From a virus, in IMG/VR virus record IMGVR_UViG_3300048599_000897, positions 81,477 through 102,299 of that record: a stretch of DNA of 20,823 nucleotides; one strand, given 5' to 3'. This document shows positions 14,806-20,823 of the stretch, piece after piece. Below the pieces are notes generated by a model. It was not told the DNA's origin, did no database searches, and saw only the letters and a list, made by a program, of their open reading frames with translations. Each line of letters starts with the position of its first letter. Position 1 is the first letter of the stretch. The position numbers and the translations under genes are program-made.

Positions 14806-17553
14806 TCAGGCCGCCAAAGACTCGGTCAGTTGCAGTAATTCTTCAATTTGTGGGGGCGTGAAAAAACGCTCCACTGCATTGCGCCCGAAATTCGTCAACG
14901 GCGGCTCGTACAAATCGGCCTCCGCCAGTGCGTGCTTCTTCAGGAAAACCTCCTGCACGGACCGCAGGAAGCGAATCTGTTCAGCATTGTAGTTGTGCGC
15001 CTGTATGTGGCGCTCGAAGCCGCGCTGCACCAGTTGAGGGTAATCGGGGATGGATTCGAGGGCAAGAAGATGGCGGAGAAACGCGAGGAAGTTGTCCACG
15101 CGGATGCCATAGGCGAGGCGGATATTGCGGCTGGAGAGTTGGATGTCGTCGCGGCCGAGTTCCCGGTGAAGGGTCCGCTCCAAGTCCAACAGGAGTTCGT
15201 CACTGACTTCGCCTCCCTCACGCAGGGCACGGAGTGCAGGGTGGGATTCGACAATCGCCAGGACGCGGGCATCGACACGGCGTTTATATTCTTCGATGAG
15301 AATTTGCTGCCCGCCTTCTCCGACGGAAATGTAGCCGTGGGATTCGATGAAGTCGGGGAGGTCGATCTTGAGGAAGGCGCTGGGGCGGTTGCGGCGGTTT
15401 TTCATTTCCGGGGCGAGGTCGCGAATGATCTGGGTAAGCTGCGCAGGCGTGGCGGTGGCGAGATCGTTGGACAGTGCTAGCTTAGCACTGGGCGAGGTAT
15501 TGACGCGGTCGGCGATGTCGGGGAGGAGGCTCACATCTTCGGCAATGGACTGGAGGAGTTGCGGCGAGGGAGAGGACTGGAGGATTTGGAGTTTGAGACG
15601 TTCAACTTTATGGGTGAAGGTTTCGGCTGCGACATCCACTTCGGGGGCGAAGCGCAGGAGCGGAGCGACGAGACGGCGGAGGAAGTCGATTTTGAGGGGC
15701 GTGAGGAGTTGCCAGAAATCATCCTCCCACGCATCGGCGATTTGGAGCCAGACTTTTTTGACAGGGAAGGAATCACGCGGAATGCGGGCGATCATGGCGC
15801 GGAGGTCGGAGACGGTTTGGCGGAAGGGTTCGGGAGTGTGGTCGGGGAGGTGGTTTTCGAGGATTTTGAGGCGGGTATTGAAGAGGGAGACGAGGACGGG
15901 CATGTCGATGGCGGGCTTGTCGTCCGCTTTTTTGTTGAAGTCGTTTTGCCAGAAGTCGATGATTTTGAACTCAGTTTTCCTGCCTTCGGGGAGCCGGTCC
16001 AAGTATTTGCACGCCTGATGGTTACGGGTGCCGCGCCCGATCATCTGCCAGAGTTTGATGCGGGACTGGACGGGCTTCATGAAGACGAGGTTGACGACTT
16101 CGGGGACATCGATGCCAGTGTCGAGCATATCGACAGAGATGGCGATGCGTGGGAGGTTGTTCTTCTTGAACTTGGTGATAAGGCCGTCGCCGTAGCTGCC
16201 ATCGCGGACACGCTCGGTGGTGGAGGTGATAACTTGTATGAGGCCGACATGCTGGGGATACATTTCTTCAAAGACTTCGGCGATGCGGTGGGCGTGGTTC
16301 TTGGTCATGGCGAAGACGATGGTCTTGCCGGGGAGTTGGGCGGACTGGTCCTTGAGGCACATCTCCATGATTTCTTCCCACTGCTTGCGGAGTGTGTCCT
16401 TGTTGCTGACTTCGACTTCAATTTCGGTGCCTTCGTAGTCGAGGGTGTCAGGGTCGATGCCCTGTTCGATGAGGGCATTGCGATCCTCTTCGGAAAGGTC
16501 CACGCCTTTGATGCCCTTGCGCTGGAAACCGGTCTGCGCCTGGTAAAGGCTGAAATCGACGAGGAAGTCTTCCTTGACGGCCTGGGGATAGTCGTAAAGG
16601 AAGGTAGGGACGTTACCATCGCAACCGAAAAGACGGAAGGTGTCGCGGTCGATGAATTTGGCGGGGGTGGCGGTGAGGCCGACCATGCAGGCGTCGAAGT
16701 ATTCGATGACTTCGGTGAAGCGTTTGAAGAGAGAGCGATGGGCCTCGTCGAAAACGATGAGGTCGAAGAAGCCGGGGCTGAATTTTTGATAACAGAGGGC
16801 AAGGGCTTGCTCGGTGGCGACGAAGAGACGTTTGGTTTTATCGACTTGATAGGTGTAGATGCGGTCGCGCGGCTCGTGCGGAAGGTGCGCCTTGAAACCA
16901 TCGGTGAGGGCTTGATCAACGAGGGCATCCCGGTCGGCGAGGAAGAGGACATTCTGGGCTTGGTGAGCGCGGAGGAAGACATCGATGAGGGCCATTGTGG
17001 TGCGGGTCTTGCCGGTGCCGGTGGCCATGACGAGCAGGGCGCGGCGTTTGTTGGCGGCGAATGCTTCGGCGACGCGGCGAATGGCTTCGTGCTGATAAGC
17101 GCGATCGACGATGCAACTGTTGATCGGGGTTGAGGCTAGCGGCAGGCGATTCTGGCGGAGGAAAAGGAGGCGTTCGAGGTCGGTCGGGGTGAAGAACCCG
17201 GCGACCATGCGCGGGTTGGCGAGGCCGGGTTCCCAGAACCAGATATCCTGACCGTTGGCCATGAAACCGAAGGGGGCGTAGGACTGTTTTCGGGCGATTT
17301 CGGTGATGTAGTGGCGGAGTTGCTCGTCGGCTTCACGGGCGTTGCGGGCGCAACGTTTGGCTTCCACTACGGCCAGGACGTTGCCGCTGGAGTCATAAAG
17401 GCAGTAGTCGGTGACGCCGTTCCAAGGTTCAGCGTCATAACCGTCAACCGGCACTTCAAAGCGGACTTGGGACCGATCAGATAGCTTCCAATCGGCAGTG
17501 CGCAATTGGGGGTCGATGAGCCGGGTGCGTGTCTGTGCTTCGTTGAGAGGCAT
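14806..17553 (-). CDS. hsdR: Type I restriction endonuclease R subunit (EcoAI/EcoEI-like architecture)
   Basis: Probable start is ATG 17553 (MPLNEAQTRTRLIDPQL, GAGGGAG RBS), giving 915 aa. Nuclease motif DY.L..VEAK, Walker A MATGTGKT, DEAH box, LTATP, DMLDTGIDVP and QMIGRGTR are all present. Confidence 0.96.
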   Translation of the reverse strand: MPLNEAQTRTRLIDPQLRTADWKLSDRSQVRFEVPVDGYDAEPWNGVTDYCLYDSSGNVLAVVEAKRCARNAREADEQLRHYITEIARKQSYAPFGFMANGQDIWFWEPGLANPRMVAGFFTPTDLERLLFLRQNRLPLASTPINSCIVDRAYQHEAIRRVAEAFAANKRRALLVMATGTGKTRTTMALIDVFLRAHQAQNVLFLADRDALVDQALTDGFKAHLPHEPRDRIYTYQVDKTKRLFVATEQALALCYQKFSPGFFDLIVFDEAHRSLFKRFTEVIEYFDACMVGLTATPAKFIDRDTFRLFGCDGNVPTFLYDYPQAVKEDFLVDFSLYQAQTGFQRKGIKGVDLSEEDRNALIEQGIDPDTLDYEGTEIEVEVSNKDTLRKQWEEIMEMCLKDQSAQLPGKTIVFAMTKNHAHRIAEVFEEMYPQHVGLIQVITSTTERVRDGSYGDGLITKFKKNNLPRIAISVDMLDTGIDVPEVVNLVFMKPVQSRIKLWQMIGRGTRNHQACKYLDRLPEGRKTEFKIIDFWQNDFNKKADDKPAIDMPVLVSLFNTRLKILENHLPDHTPEPFRQTVSDLRAMIARIPRDSFPVKKVWLQIADAWEDDFWQLLTPLKIDFLRRLVAPLLRFAPEVDVAAETFTHKVERLKLQILQSSPSPQLLQSIAEDVSLLPDIADRVNTSPSAKLALSNDLATATPAQLTQIIRDLAPEMKNRRNRPSAFLKIDLPDFIESHGYISVGEGGQQILIEEYKRRVDARVLAIVESHPALRALREGGEVSDELLLDLERTLHRELGRDDIQLSSRNIRLAYGIRVDNFLAFLRHLLALESIPDYPQLVQRGFERHIQAHNYNAEQIRFLRSVQEVFLKKHALAEADLYEPPLTNFGRNAVERFFTPPQIEELLQLTESLAA

Positions 17554-18208
17554 GTCTCCCTCGCTTGGGTCGACTCTTTCAATTTGGCGAATAATCCGTA
17601 TGGTAGACCGCAGGAGGTTCTCATGCAAACCTCTGTTTTTTGGCGGCGCGATAGCGCAATCATTACCTCCACTGAACGTTCCGATTCCTTCCGGTTGGAA
17701 CTTGCCTGCCTGCCGGGCGGGAGTCACCCCCGCAGAAACACAACACCTTTGCACGGCGCATAGGAAATTGATTTTCGCGGATGAGTGTGCCATGATCAGT
17801 GGGTGGAGGGTTTTGCCGTGAGATCTGCTCCAACGTACGATGACGCACAAGGACGCACAGGCAGGCGTTGACGCGGGGTTGACGTTGCGGTAAGCGGGGG
17901 ATTTGTTGGCGGCGTAACGACACGGATCGCGGGATCGGAGAGGAGGTGGCGGAAGTACGATGCTGGCTGATTCCAACCGGCTTGGAAAGGATTGGATCCC
18001 GATTCCAGGAAACGGAGTATGATCGCCGGTGATGCGAGAAAGGCGGTCGGAGCAAGGACGCAGCAGCGCGCAGAAGGCCATGGCTTAGGGTTTGCTTGCA
18101 CGTGCCCGTGGCCTAAGGTTTGCTGGCCCGGCAGTCGAACCCCGGGAATCGCGGAATATGACCACAGTACGTTGCGATGTTGGGCTCCCCCCATTGGCCG
18201 AGGTCTAG

Positions 18209-19339
18209 ATGATTGACGAACGTCCTCCCATCACAGTACTCGATTTCGAACTACCGTTCCTTTCCGAGCGGTTCGATGACCGGGATTTCGAGCATCTCTG
18301 CGCTGACCTTTTTCAGGCGGAGACAGGATTGCGATTCCTCCGTTACGGTCGAAAAGGAGACCAACAACACGGCATCGATATCCTCTCACAGGTCGCGGAA
18401 CCTCTTCACAGAGCGGTACAGTGCAAGCGTGTCAAGGAGTTTAGGCCGAGCGATCTTCGGAACGAACTCGCAAAACTCTCCGGTCTTCCGATCAAGCTAA
18501 GTCACCTTTATTTTGCGGTCACCTGCGATGTGTCATCCGATGTGATCAATGAGTGCGCCGCGAAGGCCGGTGTGGTTACCACGGCTGCGGGCCCGGTTCA
18601 GAACGTGGAACTGTGGGACCGTTCGTTCCTGGGGCGACTACTTCGACGATACCCTAACTTGGTCGGCTCCTACTTCGGCGTGCAATGGCGAGACCATCTG
18701 TTTCCAAATCTGGCCGAGTCGGAGATTCGCAATAGTCTACCTGAGATCAGAAGAGCCGTAGAGGACATCAAGAGGCGACTCTCAATATCCAATCAAGATC
18801 AGCTACATCCCACTATGGTCGATACTTCTGGGAAGGTTCCTGATGCACTCTCGACACGCCTGATTCATGGCGTCGAGGGATATTTCCGGGACGACCAGGG
18901 TATCGTGCAGTTTCGTGGCGATGTTCCGCACACAAAGTGCTTTAGTTTCAAATACTCGGCACAGTGCGGGTTGGACGGTCAAGAAGCCATCATTACGATG
19001 TTGTCGGCTACTCTGTCACCAGAAGAGGCCATAGACCTTGAAGCCGTCTTGGAGATGGATACTCAGAAACCCGCATCGAGATCGACATATTGGTCACACG
19101 ACATACTCCTCACACACATCTCTGGACCGGCCCCCATGATTTCCCTCCCGAACCGAGGCATTTCGTTCTCTCTGGCATTCGACAGTGATTACAAGAAACT
19201 AAAATCTATGGTCGGACGCTTCCTTGATAACTTCTCTGATAGCGCGGTGGCGGCAAGACGGGAAAGAGTGCTCCAGTCTATTGTTGGTGGCATACCAGAG
19301 ACGCGAGCACTGCTCCTCCGGTTCAAATATAGCGATTGA
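18209..19339 (+). CDS. Mrr-like PD-(D/E)XK endonuclease domain fused to an unrecognised C-terminal domain
   Basis: The N-terminal ~160 aa carry FE.LC.DL, YGR.G..Q.GIDI, QCK and V.LWD...L..LL..YP.L...YF. The C-terminal ~200 aa have no recognised motif. Confidence 0.78.
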   Translation: MIDERPPITVLDFELPFLSERFDDRDFEHLCADLFQAETGLRFLRYGRKGDQQHGIDILSQVAEPLHRAVQCKRVKEFRPSDLRNELAKLSGLPIKLSHLYFAVTCDVSSDVINECAAKAGVVTTAAGPVQNVELWDRSFLGRLLRRYPNLVGSYFGVQWRDHLFPNLAESEIRNSLPEIRRAVEDIKRRLSISNQDQLHPTMVDTSGKVPDALSTRLIHGVEGYFRDDQGIVQFRGDVPHTKCFSFKYSAQCGLDGQEAIITMLSATLSPEEAIDLEAVLEMDTQKPASRSTYWSHDILLTHISGPAPMISLPNRGISFSLAFDSDYKKLKSMVGRFLDNFSDSAVAARRERVLQSIVGGIPETRALLLRFKYSD

Positions 19340-19421
19340 GGAAGCGGCGAGGAGCCTAACTCGCGGCTGCTGCCGGTGTCTGCTTGGAAAGCCAGTCGTT
19401 CATCGCGAGATGATATGAGGA

Positions 19422-19451
19422 GGGTTGTGAAGCTCGGCGAGCTTACAACCC
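19422..19451. repeat. Inverted repeat/hairpin between convergent genes (possible terminator or mobile-element end)
   Basis: gggttgt(g)aagctc-ggc-gagcttacaaccc forms a 13-bp stem with one bulged G and a 3-nt loop. There is no U-tract. Confidence 0.7.
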
Positions 19452-19464
19452 GGCCCGATTAGAT

Positions 19465-20823
19465 TCAGATCTTGTCTGGTCCAATTATGTTTGCGTCCCT
19501 AATATAGAGAGTCCCAGATGAGTTCAAACGGTATGAACCCAACCACCCAGTAATACGATTAAAATCGGCTAGAGCTAGATCATAATGACTACGGCCGAAT
19601 TTTTTGACGTCCCTGCTGAAGAATGAGGTGGTTGCAATCATCGCGTTCCCGACGTGTTTCTCGGCTTTTACAGCGTACAACTCACGTATAAGGTTAATGC
19701 CGACAACTCGATCCCTTCGATACCGTTTGCATTCCACGAGCCAATGAGAGGCTACGCCTGCCAGATTCTTGGCGATACCCCAGATGTCGTATCCGCCGTC
19801 GCGGGTCGCAGCGGTCAGCGACACCTTCCAACCGAACGACGCCAGAAGTTCTGCGATAAGTTCCTCAAATGCTCGTGACGGCAAGTCGTAAAGTGTCTCC
19901 GGGTCTGATTGCAGACTTAAGATCAGCTTCTGGTTGATCTGTGAAACAACCTCTATAATTGCGGGAGGAAGGGGCGATCGGTGAAGGAGAGACATGATCG
20001 AGAATGGCGTACGCCCAAGCGGGAATCTGATATATCGAGATTTGACGACCTCGCCAAAGCGGGTGGCGTAGCCGGCCACCGTCTGTTCAACACCAACTCG
20101 GAGAAGCATGTCTGCCATGTACGCCCATGCGTCATCAGGGGGTGAATTGTGCCCACCTTCTGAAACCAACAGGAACTTGAGGGTTGGTGCAAGTTCCCGG
20201 GATCGAATGAAAAAGTCGAATCCGCGTGTTGGGGCAAGCGGCGCAACATCGTCGATAACCACCAGTGGGGTTTCGACAAGGCGTTGCGGCCGAAGATCAG
20301 TCTCCAAACTGTTCCTCAGGGTTTCAGCATTGACGCAAGTCATCACAATGCCTGAGCCGTTCTTGTTTTCTAGTAGACCGACGGAGGTTTGGATGGAGGG
20401 AGATGGGAAAATGGGGCATTTCTTTGAAGAAATGAGATCGATGCTCTTCGCGATATGCAGCATATCGTCGGGCTGCTGTTCCGTGCAGATGAAAAGGACT
20501 GGTTTGCCTTTGCACAGTGTGAGATTAGCAGCTAGTCGAAGGGACAGAATAGTCTTCCCCGTGCCCGGTTGACCTTGGAGGACATGAACGCAGCCCGGAT
20601 TCGAGAGGAGGGATGATGTCACCTCGTCAACCCACGGGTTCCCGGTCGCGACCTCGTTTTCCGGATTTCCACTCAAATCGCGTGCTCTCTGAAACTGGTG
20701 GGAATAGGCGCGCAAAAGGGGCGCGGGGAAAAATAGGCTCATAGGCGCGGAAAAGGGGCGCACCGTAGCGGCTTCCGGGAAACTGGTTTCCCATAGGAAC
20801 CAGGAGTACACGGAGGCCAAGGA
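19465..20823 (-). CDS. KaiC/RAD55-type RecA-superfamily ATPase fused to a C-terminal Mrr-family restriction endonuclease (5' end possibly outside the window)
   Basis: ATPase part: ATG.P.VD, Walker A GQPGTGKT, VLFICTEQ, Walker B VVIDD, YMAD and VVKSR. Nuclease part: FEELIAELL...G, TRDGGYDI, VECKRY and ATTSFFS. The frame stays open to the window edge. Confidence 0.85.
   Translation of the reverse strand, partial: SLASVYSWFLWETSFPEAATVRPFSAPMSLFFPAPLLRAYSHQFQRARDLSGNPENEVATGNPWVDEVTSSLLSNPGCVHVLQGQPGTGKTILSLRLAANLTLCKGKPVLFICTEQQPDDMLHIAKSIDLISSKKCPIFPSPSIQTSVGLLENKNGSGIVMTCVNAETLRNSLETDLRPQRLVETPLVVIDDVAPLAPTRGFDFFIRSRELAPTLKFLLVSEGGHNSPPDDAWAYMADMLLRVGVEQTVAGYATRFGEVVKSRYIRFPLGRTPFSIMSLLHRSPLPPAIIEVVSQINQKLILSLQSDPETLYDLPSRAFEELIAELLASFGWKVSLTAATRDGGYDIWGIAKNLAGVASHWLVECKRYRRDRVVGINLIRELYAVKAEKHVGNAMIATTSFFSRDVKKFGRSHYDLALADFNRITGWLGSYRLNSSGTLYIRDANIIGPDKI

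Larger units (their letters stand above)
10208..20823. other. Defence island (type I RM, AbiGi-like, HEPN-like and two Mrr-like nucleases)
   Basis: All seven genes in this span have nuclease, methylase or abortive-infection motifs, and base composition is patchy between genes. Confidence 0.8.

Noticed and set aside
15559-17133. 524-aa plus-strand ORF, and similar ORFs at 12763-13263, 13306-14187 and 14848-15480
   Set aside because: These are antisense shadows of hsdR/hsdM caused by biased codon usage and carry no motifs.
17554-18081. 176-aa N-terminal extension of HsdR in the ORF track (1091 aa)
   Set aside because: The extension is not protein-like, and the typical HsdR start (M..NEA.TR..LID..L) with an RBS is at 17553.
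19465-20823. Circadian clock gene kaiC
   Set aside because: Only one ATPase domain is visible, it is fused to a nuclease, and there is no kaiA or kaiB in the window.
1-20823. CRISPR array, tRNA or rRNA genes
   Set aside because: No regularly spaced repeats or recognisable structural RNA sequences were seen.

Overview
The window has two parts. (1) About 1-10031, + strand: the tightly coupled structural operon of a (pro)phage with a non-contractile tail. It encodes the C-terminal part of a Mu-gpT-like major capsid protein, a DUF2190-type cement protein, head-tail connector genes interrupted by three unknown genes, a tail tube protein, a tail assembly chaperone with a predicted -1 frameshift (T_TTT_TTC), an unannotated 33-aa hydrophobic peptide, a 664-aa tape measure protein, two tail-tip candidates, two Cys-rich small proteins and, last, a GT-A glycosyltransferase. 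(2) About 10208-20823: a defence island. A type I restriction-modification operon (hsdR-hsdM-hsdS, - strand) carries an AbiGi-like gene between hsdR and hsdM and a HEPN-motif gene downstream of hsdS. Two convergent Mrr-like nuclease fusion genes follow: one with an unknown C-terminal domain, and one fused to a KaiC/RAD55-type ATPase that runs off the window edge. The best candidates for undescribed systems are the RM operon with two putative backup effectors, the KaiC-Mrr fusion, and the glycosyltransferase module at the end of the tail operon. All family calls come from motif recognition by eye; no database search was run.
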